Below are positions 46,846 through 59,419 of a stretch of DNA of 64,000 bases, piece by piece (the first letter of the stretch is position 1; every line of letters starts with the position of its first letter). The DNA lies in NCBI GenBank assembly GCA_030390025.1, contig CM059432.1, forward strand, positions 4,464,001-4,528,000, written 5' to 3'. The stretch comes from Squalus acanthias. Lineage: Eukaryota. The position numbers and the translations under genes are program-made. The notes under the pieces are model-generated. The model ran no database searches. It saw nothing but the letters and a program-made list of their open reading frames with translations, and was not told the DNA's origin.

Positions 46846-47227
46846 GTGTGCCTGCTTTGCAAATTCTGATCATTTTACGTTGTTTTGTGATTTATTTTTT
46901 AATTTACTTAATTTTAACTTCCAATTTCATTGTACTGTCCTGATAAATGCTCCAATATTTATGAAATTAGTGGTGCATATTTTAGCTACCATAAGTCGCA
47001 TCAAGCACCTACATTTGCTTCTTAACTTGTCCCATTACCATCTCCTTTCACCTGGCACCATCATCCCTTTTGTCTCTTAATCACTCCTGCCTTCCATCCT
47101 ATCACAGACCTTCCCTTTTGTTCTTTCCTCCCCTCCCCCCTCTCTCCCTGCCCCTACACCTGCTTAAAAACCTGTTCCATCTCCAACTTTTTCCAGTTCT
47201 GACGAAGGGACACAGACCTGAAACATT

Positions 47228-48083
47228 GGGGGCGATTTTGCCGGCGCTCAGGGGTCGGGTTTGGAGGCGGGACTTCTGGCAAAATCAAAAAGGTTGGCAG
47301 CGGGTCCCGAACCCGCTTCCAACCCGCCTCCAATCAATCTTCTCGGGAGTCGGGTCCCGGATTTGCACAGGGACCCGACTCCTAGCGGCGGGAAGAAGAT
47401 TATAGCCACTTAACTGCCTGTTAACAGGTAGTTAAGAGGCTTTTTCCAATTTTGACACTTGTACTGCGGGCTTCCTGATGTCGGGAAACCCCGTCAGGGT
47501 AAGTGTGGCGTGCTGTGGGTCTACTGTAATGTTTGTGTATAGATGACAGCTGCAGAAGTGGTGTGAAGGATCCAATGGGACACTGGTGAGTTGCAGAGGT
47601 AAGAAAATGTTGGGAAAGTCATTTTTAATGTGTTTAGAATTTACTGTACGTGACAAGCTTTGAAGTGTTTGTGTAGTCCCACCTCATTGGGAGAACCTCA
47701 CTCACCAGTGACAGATCACTTCTGTAACCTCTGCCATCTGTTTTAGCCTAAGGAGAGAGTCACTGGAGAGCCTGGATGCAAGGGCTCACCTTTATACAGT
47801 GATTGTCAGTGTTTGCAGCACCCCAATGCTGTCAAACACTGAAAAAATCTTGTCAAAAAGAAATGGTGGTGACCCTTTACGAAAAGCGGCAGATGATGCG
47901 TCATCAACTGGCGTCATCTGACACCGGCTTTCTCTTAATTGGCTGGCAAGCCTGCAGGGCGGGCTTAACAAGGCCAATTGACGCAAAATAGCGTCTGTGC
48001 GTCGGACGTCGCTGGGGGCGGGACTAGAACCCGAAAGGCAGCAGTCCCACCCCCAGCATGCCTCTTCAGGTAAGATCCTGGCC
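47228..48083. mobile_element. Harbinger-type MITE, deletion derivative of the Myb-encoding element
   Basis: TSD ATT; degenerate TIR GGGGGCGATTTTGCC...GGTAAGATCCTGGCC; internal gtcagtgtttgcagcaccccaatgctgtcaaacactga is shared with 15940-15980 and 63720-63765. Confidence 0.82.
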
Positions 48084-48090
48084 ATTGACT

Positions 48091-49580
48091 TGAAGGGATA
48101 ATTACAAGTCCTAGCCCTTTCGGACTACCCCAGATCAGGCGTATTCCCCAGACGTTCACCTTCAACTAAAGTTAGAGATAGCCGAATTCTATAAGACGCT
48201 TAATTGGGTCTAAAGGTCAGACTATCTCTCCCTAAAGGAAAGAAATGGTCTGAAAATGTTACCGTCCTCCGGATAGTACTTTTAATAAGTTTAACTAGAC
48301 TGTTAACCTTCCGGATATTATGAGGGTCCGGAATACCCCCCCCCGAATTCTGCAACTCCTCTCTGAAGAGTGTACAGAAATTGAGTTCGCGAGTTTATAC
48401 AGAAATACCCTATGAGACAATTCTAAAAATATATAGATTTATTAATGAACCGACATTTAGTTAACATCTGTTATGGCAATCGCAACTTTAACCGTTCAAA
48501 ATACAAATAGCTTACATTTCTTATCAGGGATCCTTATTCTCAAATCTTAACTTCGTTACATTTCCACACTTCTACTTATTTCTTCATCCAGAATATCCAC
48601 CAAAATCAAATACCTTGATTACCCGAGACTCAGAGTTGTAAACTTACAGAGCGTGCCTGTGAAGTTGAGAAATGCTTGCCTTCCCAGCGACTTCTGACTT
48701 TCCAGCTGAAAAGCTCTTATTTTTATTTATTTTTTTGGTGATTTATCCTTTGAAGTTTTCCTGCTGATGTAAGCTAATTGTCTCAAGTCATTCTTTGCTG
48801 ACTTTCTTCTATTCTTTATTGTCATTTCAGCTGTTAGCTTTTAGACTTGTCTCCTGTTTAGGTGTTTAATAAACCATCATAAAAAACAATATGACAGTAG
48901 TATTTATTTGATGTGATTCTTAGGAAGTCTTTCTGTTGAATTTCTAATATTACTTAACTACTTGTAAGCCAGACGTCGTGTCTCCTAACTATTCCATTTT
49001 CAATACAAACACAATGTAATTGCTTGGTGTCATCTCTTGATATTATATTTTCAAAGCCTTTCTGTAGGTATATTTTACAACTTGTAAACTGAAAACACTT
49101 CTCTTAGGGTGTTTACTTGCTTTCTTTCTATCTCAATTGGTTGCATATTTAATCGTGTTTCCTGTTTCTAAGTTTAACATAAAACTATTTTACGACAGGT
49201 ATTTCTTTTACTTGATGTCATTTTTTCAAAGGCACTTGTTTTTTTTAATGTTCTGTGCACCTGTTCGACGTGTTAGATTATAACACTTCACTTGGGTCAC
49301 CTCCTATTGTCTTGTTCCAAACTCTAGACATTCTGGAAGCGCCAATGGTTTGCTTCAATAGGGGCCTTGTCTCTGTATTTACAAACCAATTCCCATTTCA
49401 AAGCTTGTTTTCACAGCTTTGTGTTAACAAACCAGCTTATCTCAGAAGCCTGTATTTCTGTTTTACGGCCTGTGTCGCTGAGGCTTTCAGATTTTTAACC
49501 CCAGTTTGTCATGTTTTAATAATATCAAAAATCTGTTTATAGGATGTTGTATTTTTCTGAAATATGGCTATTCCTTCACA
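48091..49580 (-). mobile_element. Solo LTR (1490 bp), family 2
   Basis: TGAAGG...CCTTCACA termini, exact TSD GACT; minus-strand AATAAA at ~48438-48443; homologous to 27114-28983. Confidence 0.85.
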
Positions 49581-49959
49581 GACTCTGTTTCTCTCTCCAC
49601 AGATGCTGCCCGGCCTGCTGAGTGTTTCCAGCATTTCCTGTTTTTGTTACATTGAAAGCAGACTGTTTCCGAGACACACGCTCACTATTTTGATTTGGGC
49701 AATTGTGGAGGGAATTGCCAGGAACGTCATTTTCATCAAAGCTAATCAGGATGCGACTTTAAATAAGCAGCACTGGCATTTAGAAATGATGTACGTATTG
49801 ATTTTGTTTTAATAACATGTTTTGCGATATTTAATAGTATTTAAACAAACATCAGTGTGATCGACATTCAGCTTTAAGCTAATCAATGAAAGAGAATCTT
49901 CTTTAATAATTGCGGCTAGATTTCCTAACTGTGAAACATCTTGTAACATCTTTGTTACG

Positions 49960-50420
49960 TTGTGGCTCAGTGAGTAGCAGCCTCACCTGCTGAGTCAGAA
50001 GGTTGTGGGTTCATAGTCCCACTCCATGTGACTTGAGTACAAAAGTCTCGGCCGACACTCCCGGTGCAGTGCTGAGGGAGTGCCGCACTGTCGGAGGTGC
50101 TGTTTTTCAGATGAGATGTTAAACCGAGGCCCCGTCTGCTCTCTCAGGTGGACGTAAAAGATCCCGCGGCACTATTTTGAAGAAGAGCAGTGGAGTTATC
50201 CCCAGAGTCCTGGGGCTAATATTTATCCCTCAATCAACATCACTAAAAAAACGGATTATCTGGTCATTTTCACATTGCTGTCTGTGGGAGCTTGCTGTGC
50301 GCAAATTGGCTGCCACGTTTCCTACATTACCACAGTGACCACACTTCAAAAAGTACTTCATTGGCTGTAAAGTGCTTTGGGACGTCCTGTGGTCGTGAAA
50401 GGCGCTATAGAAATGCAATG
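49960..50420 (+). mobile_element. Deu-domain SINE, full length
   Basis: Head, core and tail are all present. Confidence 0.85.
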
Positions 50421-50647
50421 CCTTTGTTCTTGTGTCATACGGCGATGAGAGATATTTGTGATTTCAAGTCCCGTAACTGCTCAAAGGAGTTCGTAATAGG
50501 TCGAAAATTCACAGGCTTCTGACAAACCAATTAGCTGGTACATCACAATAGCACTGAAGTCTTTCAAAGCTGTCAGATTGGTGGGGTCTACAATTGATTT
50601 GAAACAAGATAGTGAGGAAAATGAGGGAGGAATCTTCTCCAACCTGG

Positions 50648-51349
50648 TGTACGAAAGACTGATACTTGGATGTTTTTAGGAATAACATGTATAAGTGTGA
50701 GTGTAGAATAGTGAACTTCACATTAACCAAATATCTATATTCTATATGACCTGCAATGACTTGTGCATAAATTGCTAAGACTTGCTCAAAATGTAACTGT
50801 CAAGACTAGTTCTGATAACGGACTGTCACACAGCCTATGCAGCTTACGAGACCTTGTACTGCCTGAAGCTAGAAATAAAAAAGATAAGGTAAATTCCAAA
50901 TGAGGTGAAGAACGTATAAACAAGATAACGATGAACAGGGTAGAGTTGTTGGAAAATTACTGAGCCAGGAGGAGTCAGGATGCTAACCTTAATCTGAGTG
51001 ACAATGGTATTTTGACCATTAGAACCAATTAAAAAAAGTGATTTTGTTAAAGACCATATATGGACACCGGCCAAACGAACTGTTGATAAGAAAAGGGTTA
51101 AATCCTCGATACTCAAAGAACAACTTCGCACAGAGATACTGTGAAGACAAAGGAACAGACTGAAGACGAGGTCACCGGTGTCCGAGAGGCTCCAGAGACC
51201 AAGGGCTGTGAGCTACTCGTTGAACTATCGCCTGTTGTTAAGTATATTACGCTGTAAGCTTAATAAATCTCGATCTATTGCTCAAACATACTGGCTGCTG
51301 CCTATTGGTGTCTTGTCCAAGAACTCTGAGAGATCATTAAGATCTTACA
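50648..51349 (+). mobile_element. Solo LTR (702 bp), family 3
   Basis: TGTACG...CTTACA termini, TSD CTGG/ATGG, AATAAA at ~51262; reverse-homologous to 61604-62995. Confidence 0.82.
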
Positions 51350-51744
51350 ATGGCTTTAATGCCCAAACTGCTACTCAGTTGGAGGAGGGCATCAAGCGCG
51401 CCACATTAAAATGCGTATAAGACAATTATGAAATATGTAACACTCATGTAGGGCTACGAACTATTAATATATTTTTATCGCTCGACAGTCTATCATTTGC
51501 ATAATTTATTCAGGATGGCAGCTAGGACTTTGCATGAGTGTACAATACAGCGTCAGTTAATCCTCCCAAACGAGAATATTTTAATAATTTATCTCAAAGC
51601 TAGCCTTAGTTTCTATCAAGGTGACACATTTTCATTTAAATTGCAAATCTATATATAAGTTAGGAGCAGGTCTGACTCCGTAGTGCAATAAGTATACATA
51701 GGGCGTGAGAAATGTTCTTAGCCCACAAACCGTTTATGATTGCT

Positions 51745-52612
51745 TTTACATCCACCTGCGAGGGCAGGCGGGGCCTCGGTTTAACATCTCATCTGAAAGA
51801 CGGCACCTCAGGCAGTGCAGCGCTCCCTCAGTACTGCACTGGGAGTGTCAGCCTAGATTTAGTGCTGAAGTCTCTGGAGTGGGGCTTGAACAGCAACAAC
51901 ATCTTGTATTTATAAAGCGCCTTTAACGTAGTAAAACATCCCAAGGCGCTTCACAGGAGTGTTATAAGACAAAAAATTCGACACCGAGCCACATAAAGAG
52001 AAATTAGGGGAGATGATCAAAAGCTTGGTCAAAGAGGTAGGTTTTAAGGAGCGTCTTAAAGGAGGAGAGAGAGGAAGCGAGGCGGAGAGGTTTAGGTAGG
52101 GAATTCCAGAGCTTAGGGCCCAGGCAACAGAAGGCACGGCCACCAAAGGTTGAGCGATTACAATCAGGGATCCTCAAGAGGGCAGAATTAGAGGAGCGCA
52201 GATATCTCGGGGGATTGTGGGTCTGAAGGAGATTACAGAGATAGGGAGGGGCGAGGCCATGGAGGGATTTGAAAACAAGGATAAGAATTTTGAAATCAAG
52301 GCATTGCTTAACTGGGAGCCAATGTAGGTCAGCGAGCACAGGGGTGATGGGTGAACGGGACTTGGTGCGAGTTAGGACACGGGCAGCCGAGATTTGGATC
52401 ACCTCAAGTTTACGTAGGGTAGAATGCGGGAGGCCAGCCAGGTGTGTTGGAATAGTCAAGTCTAGAGGTAACAAAGGCAGGGATGAGGGTTTCAGCAGCG
52501 GATGAGCTGAGGCAAAGACGGAGACGGGCGATGTTACGGAGGTGGAAATAGGCGGTCTTAGTTATGCCACGGATATGTGAACCCTCGGCCTTCTGACTCA
52601 GAGGCGAGAGTG
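51745..52612 (-). mobile_element. Deu-domain SINE 5' half interrupted by an L2 3' fragment (51892-52577)
   Basis: L2 ORF AARVLTRTKSRSPITPVLADLHWLPVKQCLDFKILILVFKSLHGLAPPYL; the SINE head resumes at ~52578. Confidence 0.87.
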
Positions 52613-52904
52613 TTGGATAAAGTCCTCTCTTGCCAAGGTTGTGCACTAGCATTGATAAAACTTGTGCTGTTCTTGTAGCAGTTACAATGCTGAAAAGTTG
52701 GAGTGCTAGAAATTTAAACAGGGGTGATGACAATTTTTGTTAAAACCTATTATGTGTTTATGTGGAGCATAAACACTGGCATGGACTAGTTGGGCCACAT
52801 GGCCTGTTACTGTGCTGTACGTCCTATGCAATAGTTGCTCAGACTGCCTCTGTGTTCTCATTGTTAGCCCAAGACTGATTTCTTCAATATCTTCCTCACC
52901 AGCT

Positions 52905-54262
52905 TAAGAACATAAGGCAATAAGAATTAGGAGCAGGAGTAGGCCATTCGGCCTCTCGAGCCTGCTCCGCCATTCAATAAGATCATGGCTGAACTTTTAC
53001 ATCATAGAAACATAGTAACATAGAATATAGGAGCAGGAGTAGGCCATTCAGCCCCTCGAGCCTGCTCCGCCATTCAATGAGATCATGGCTGATCATCCAA
53101 ATTCAGTACCCTGTCCCTGCCTTCTCCCCATATCCCTTGATCCCTTTAGCCTTAAGAAATATATCTAACTCCTTCTTGAATATATTTAATGAATTGGCCT
53201 CTACTGCCTTCTGTGGTAGAGAATTCCACAGGTTCACCACTCTCTGGGTGAAGAAATTCCTTCTCATCTCAGTCCTAAATGGCTTACCCCTTATCCTTAG
53301 ACTGTGACCCCTGGTTCTGGACTCCCCCACCATCGGGAACATCCTTCCTGCATCTAGTCTGTCTAGTCCTGTTAGAATTTTATAAGTTTCAATGAGATCC
53401 CCTCTCATTCTTCTAAACTCCAGTGAGTATAAGCCCAATCAACCTAATCTCTCCTCATACGTCATTCTGCCATCCCAGGTATCAGCCTGGTGAATCTTCG
53501 CTGCACTCCCTCCATGGCAAGAACATCCTTCCTCAGATAAGACGACCAAAACTGCACACAATACTCAAGATGTGGTCTCACCAAGGCCCTGTACAACTGC
53601 AGCAAGACATCCTTGTTTCTGTACTCGAACCCTTTCGCTACGAAGGCCAACATACCATTTGCCTTCTTGACCGCCTGCTGCACCTGCATGCTTACCTTCA
53701 GCGACTGGTGCACAAGGACACCCAGGTCTCGTTGCACTTCCCCTTCTCCCAATCTATTGCCATTCAGATAATAATCTGCCTTCCTGTTTTTGACACCAAA
53801 GTGGATAACCTCACATTTATCCACATTATATTGCATCTGCCATGCTTCTGCCCAATCACCCAACCTGTCCAAATCATACTGGAGTTTCTCGGCATCCTCC
53901 TCACGGCACACACTCCCACCCAGCTTTGTGTCGTCTGCAAACTTGGAGATGTTACACCCAATTCCTTCGTCTAGATCATTAATATATATTGTGAATAGCT
54001 GGGGTCCAAGGACTGATCCCTGCGGTACCCCACTAGTCACTGCCTGCCACTCGAAAAAAGACCCATTTATTCCAACTCTTTGCTTTCTGTCTGCCAACCA
54101 GTTCTCTATCCAAGTCAATACCTTACCCCCAATCCCATGTGCCTTAACTTTACACGTTAATCTCTTATGCGGGACCTTATCGAAAGCCTTCTGAAAGTCC
54201 AAATACACCACATCCACTGGTTCTCCCTTATCTATTTTACCAGTTACTTCCTCAAAAAATTC
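52905..54262 (-). mobile_element. 5'-truncated CR1 (RT domain to tail), with an extra tail fragment at 52905-53000
   Basis: ORF 53462-54217: YLDFQKAFDKVPH, SGVPQGSVLGP, KFADDTKLGG. Confidence 0.93.
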
Positions 54263-54850
54263 AACTTTCCCGCCCTATTCCCATATCCCTTTATTCCCCT
54301 AGAGCCCAAAAATCTATCGATCTCTGTCTTGAATATACTCAACGACTGAGCAACCACAGCCCTCTGGGGTAGAGAATTCCAAAGATTCACCACCCTCTGA
54401 GTGAAGAAATTTCTCCTCATCTCAGTCCTAAATGGCCGATCCCTTATCCTGAGACTATGCCCTCCCCCTAGTTCTAGACTCTCCAGCCAGGGGGAAACAA
54501 CCTCTCAGCATCTACCCTGTCAATCCCTCCGAGAATTTTGTACGTTTCAATGAGATCACCTCTCATTCTTCTAAACTCCAAAGAATATAAGCCTAGTCTC
54601 CTCAATCTCTCCACATAGGACAGCCCTCTTATCCTAGGAATCAATCTAGTGAACCTTCGTTGCACCCCATCTAAGGCAAGTATATCCTTCCTTAGGTAAA
54701 GAGAACAAAACTGTGCACAGTACTCCAGGTGTGGTCTCACCAAAACCCTACATAATTGTAGCAAGACTTCCTGACTCTTATACTCCAAGCCCCTTGCAAT
54801 AAAGGCTAACATACCATTTGCCTTCCTCATTGCTTGCTGTACCTCCATGT
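54263..54850 (-). mobile_element. CR1 3' fragment
   Basis: KANGMLAFIARGLEYKS...LVRPHLEYC. Confidence 0.88.
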
Positions 54851-54967
54851 TAACTGGTCCCAATGATGGGACTAGATGAAGTAGGGTGGGAGGAGGCTCG
54901 TGTGGAACATAAATACCGGCATAGACCAGTTGGGCTGAAGGGCCTGTGGATTTGCTGTAAATACTTT

Positions 54968-56097
54968 GAAAGAAAAAAGACACTTCTATAGCGCCTTTCA
55001 CGACCACCAGACGTCCCAAAGCACTTTACAGCCAATGAAGTACTTTTTGAAGTGCAGTCACTGTTGTGATGCAGGAAATGTGGCAGCCAATTTGCGCACA
55101 GCAAGCTCACACAAACAGCAATGTGATAATGACCAGACAGTCTGTTGGTTGAAGGATAAATATTGGCCAAAGACACCAGGGATAACTCCCCTGCTCTTCT
55201 TCGAAATATTGCCATAGGATCTTTTACATCCACCTGAGAGAGCAGATGGGGCCTCAGTTTAACGTCTCATCTGAAAGACGGCACCTCCGACAGTGCAGTA
55301 CTCACTCAGCCCTGCACAGGGAGTGTCAGCCTGGATTTTGCACTCACAGGGCTCGATTTTGCCAGGCCCGAGGAGGCGGGAATGGAGGCATGTGGGGTGT
55401 TAAAATTGCAAAAAATGGCGGGAGGGCCCGACCCCGCCTCCATCCCGCCTCCGAGCAATTTTCCAAAATGCGTGGTTTGTGATCCCGTCTCTGTCCTGCC
55501 TACAAGAGGCAGGACAGGCCCTTAACAACCACTTAATTGCCTCTATAATCCCATTCTGAGAGGCCTTTCTGATTTTAACACTTTTCTGACATGATGCACG
55601 CCTCCTCTGAAACACGACGGTGAAACCTGGCGGTAGCACACTTGGATTGCTGACTATCAGCTGCAGGTCCACCATTAAGAAGGAGATTTAGGAGGTGGTG
55701 TTGGTGGTGGTGGTACAAAAAATCTGGGAGCAGACTTAGCTCTCTTGCTGCTCATTTTGCTTCCAGGTCCCTCTCACAGCAAAGGCCAAAAGCTTCCCAG
55801 TCTTTGCAGACCTTAAATGCAGCAGCGATGATGACATCATCAGAGGCGACTTTCAGACTGAAAACACTAATTGGGTCATGGGTTCCCACATGCTGGAACT
55901 CAATTGCCCAATTAGGGGAAAATCGAATAATTCTCCCACATCCAATTGGAGTCGGGTGGCTAACACGAAAAGCGGATGACACGACCCCAGCCCACCCCCA
56001 ATGACAAAATCGAGCCCACAGTCTCTGGAATGGGACTTGAACCTACAACCTTCATGACTCAGAGGCAAGGAGTGCCACCCACTGAGCCACGACTGAC
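54968..56097 (-). mobile_element. Deu-domain SINE split by a MITE at 55349-56017
   Basis: The SINE is continuous across the ACA TSD. Confidence 0.85.
55349..56017. mobile_element. Harbinger-type MITE, family D
   Basis: Perfect 13-bp TIR GGGCTCGATTTTG...CAAAATCGAGCCC, exact TSD ACA. Confidence 0.9.
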
Positions 56098-57361
56098 CCA
56101 TGCTTTGGAATACTTTGTAGATGGAGTGTAGTCCGAATACTAAATAGGAGCCATAGTAAATCACTGAATTTATCCTGCTAAATTTAATCCTATTTCTTGC
56201 CAAACAATTACCAGATAATCTTGTCACAATTGTGCGTTTAAAAAAAAATCCAGATTCTTAACACAGAATGGATTGAATACACAGAACACACTTCTGTTGT
56301 CTAGCTCCTGTCTAACCTTCATTTTTAGGAGTATATAGGAACAGTCTGAGCTGTGAAAAAGCCATTCATCGCACTGAAGCTCATTTTGCTGCAACATTAA
56401 CTCGTATCTAATTGTATTCTGAATGACCTCACTCCATTATTTTGCTTCGTGAATTAATTCAAACCTGTGTTACTCTGTGAGTAAAGGAGCTATTCCTCGA
56501 TATCTGTTTTAAACTTACTTTTCACGTTTAAATTTAATCTTCTGGTTCTACTCTCCTAGAGAGAGAGAAGCTTTTACTGCTGGTGGGGGAGTCTAGGACT
56601 AGTTCCCCTCCAAGTCACACACCATCCTGACTTGGAAGTATATCGGCCGATCCTTCATCGTCGCTGGGTCAAAATCCTGGAACTCCCTCCCTAACAGCGC
56701 TGTGGGAGCACCTTCACCACACGGACTGCAGCGGTTCAAGAAGGCGGCTCACCACCACCTTCTCGAGGGCAACTAGGGATGGGCAATAAATGCTGGCCTT
56801 GCCAGCGACGCCCACATCCCAGGAACGAATAAAAAAAAAAGGGGACATAGCTTTAAAATCAGACTCAAGACATTCAAATGAGAAGTTAGGAAACTTCTTA
56901 AAATAATTGGCAAAAGAACTAGAGGGGAAATGAGAAGAATTTTTTTCACACAGAGGGTTATGAAGATCTGGAACGCACGATCTGAAAGAGTGGTGCAATC
57001 AGTTTCCAGAGGAACTTTCAAAAAGCAATTGGACATGTACTTGAAGAGGAGCAATTTTCAGAGTTATGAGGAAAAAGCTGGGGAGTGGGACTAATCGGAG
57101 AGCTCTTTCAAAGAGCCGGCACAGGCACGACGAACCGAATGACCTCCTTCTGTGCTGTAAGATTCGATGATTCTAACTCATTAACATCAGTCGGGCAGGC
57201 CAGACATCCGCCAAAAAACTGCCAAAAAACACCCCGCTTGCCCATTTTGGGGTGGGGAGGCAGGGGGTGGGGGTGAGCCCAAGACCTTCCCCTCGCACCC
57301 CACAAATGGTCCCATTGGTCTTCGGAACAAAGGGGCTAATCCCTGCAGAATTTTGTCCCAT

Positions 57362-58310
57362 TGAGTAGGGGGTATGATTAAGAAGTTTGCAGATGATACA
57401 AAAATTGGCCGTGTGGTTGATAATGAAGAAGAAAGCTGTAGACTGCAGGAAGATATCAATGGACTGGTCAGAGGGGCAGAACAGTGGCAAATGGAATTCA
57501 ATCCGGAGAAGTGTGAGGTAATGTATTTGGGGAGGGCTAACAAGGCAAGGGAATACACAATAAATGGTAGGATACTGAGAAGTGCAGAGGTTCAGAGGGA
57601 CCTTGGAGTGCATGTCCACAGATCCCTGAAGGTAGCAGGACAGGTAGATAAGGTGGTTAAGAAGGCATACGGGATACTTGCCTTTATTAGCCGAGGCATA
57701 GAATATAAGAGCAGGGAAGTTATGCTTGAACTGTGTAAAACACTAGTTAGGCCACAGCTAGAATACTGCGTGCAGTTCTGGTCACCACATTACAGGAAAG
57801 ATGTGATTGCACTGGAGAGGGTGCAGAGGAGATTTACGAGGATGTTGCCAGAACTGGAGAATTTTAGCTATGAGGAAAGATTGGATAGGCTGGGGTTGTT
57901 TTCTTTGGAACAGAGGAGACTGAGGGGAGACCTAATTGAGGTGTATAAAATTATGAGGGGCCTAGATAGAGCAGATAGGAAGGACCTATTTCCCTTAGCA
58001 GAGAGGTCAATAACCAGGGGGCACAGATTTAAAGTAATCGGTAGAAGGATTAGAGGGGATTTGAGGAGAACTTGTTTCACCCAGAGGGTGGTGGGGGTCT
58101 GGAACTCACTGCCTGAAAGGGTGGGAGAGGCAGAAACCCTCATCACATTTAAAAAGTACTTGGATCTGCACTTGAAGTGCCGTAACCTACAGGGCCACGG
58201 ACCAAGAGCTGGAAAGTGGGATTAGGCTGGATAGCTCTTTTTTGGCCGGCAGAGACACGATGGGCCGAATGGCCTTCTTGTGTGCCGTAAAACTTCTGTG
58301 ATTCTATGAG
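57362..58310 (+). mobile_element. Young 5'-truncated CR1 with an uninterrupted 283-aa RT C-terminal frame (57374-58225)
   Basis: KFADDTKIG...[15 protein letters not shown]...FTQRVVGVWNSLP; (CTATGATT)-type tail. Confidence 0.93.
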
Positions 58311-58725
58311 TTCAACGGGACATTTAACGGGCAGATGGATTTGACTGATTTCAGTTTCACTGCGCATGTACTGGGATGTGAATTTACAAAAAAGTTGAGT
58401 GCTTAAAGAGGACATTAGCATGCATCTGCCTGGAGCAAGGTTTCATAGCTAAGCTGTTATTTATTAATGGCATAGAATGGCTCTAAATAAAAAAGTTAAC
58501 AGGGAAAACTGCTACATTTAAATTATTGGTGTAAATAATGCCGACATCAGACAGACAAGCTGTTTCTGAACATAATGGGAGGTGCGCATATTGTTCAAAC
58601 ACACTGGTAATTAATTTTCGCAGCCTCACAATTAATTAGAACCTTCAAAAGTCTTTACGGTCGTGTCTTCTTATGATTGAAAATCTTGAACATTGATTAG
58701 GACAAAATTTTGCTTTAGATAATAG

Positions 58726-59170
58726 GTGTCAGCCGTGGCTAAGTGGATAGCACACTTACCTCTGGGGCAGACAATTGCACGAAAATCTAGGCTGACACTC
58801 CCAGTGCAGTGCCGAGGGAGCGCCGCACTGTCAGAGGTGCCGTCTTTTGGATGAGACGTTAAACCGAGGCCCCGTCTGCCCTCTCGGATGGACGCAAATG
58901 ATCCCGTGGCTCTATTTTGAGGAAGAGCTGGGGAGTTCTCCCCGGTGTCCTGGGGCCAATATTTATCACTCAACCAACATCATTAAAAAACAGATGATCT
59001 GGTCATTATCACATTGCTGTTTGTGGGAGCTTGCTGTGCGCAAATTGGCTGCCACGTTTCTCACATTACAACAGTGACCACACTTCAAAAAGTACTTCAT
59101 TGGCTGTAAAGCGCTTTGGGACGTCCTGATATTGTTAAAGGCGCTATAGAAATGCAAGTCTTTCTTTCTT
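58726..59170 (+). mobile_element. Deu-domain SINE
   Basis: Head (partly deleted), core and tail. Confidence 0.85.
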
Positions 59171-59419
59171 ATTTCTTCTGTTGTAGCGGAGTACAGGTTA
59201 ATGGCCTGGGTTTAACAGAATTTGATGGAGGAATTTGAAGATATTTGTTGAGTGCCATTTTGTGTGGATAGTCTTCATGATTTTCCAATTCATGGAAATG
59301 AAGGCGCCACCTCTGGTCATGGTACATCTCACTAGTTATTTAAATTCTCATTTCCTTGTTAGAAATAAGGAAGTGGTCTTGCATCCGGTTGTGGAGTATA
59401 CAAAATCTTCAAGGACTGA

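Larger units (their letters stand above)
47010..49650 (+). mobile_element. Penelope-like fragment (family P1) split at its hammerhead by a MITE and a solo LTR
   Basis: 47010-47227, 48087-48090 and 49585-49650 reassemble to ...AGTT CTGACGA A GGGAC ACA GACCT GAAA CATT GACT ctgtttctctctccacagatgctg. Confidence 0.78.

Noticed and set aside
57374..58225. 283-aa intact ORF as a host gene
   Set aside because: It is the C-terminal part of CR1 ORF2 in a 5'-truncated copy, lacking the endonuclease and most of the RT.
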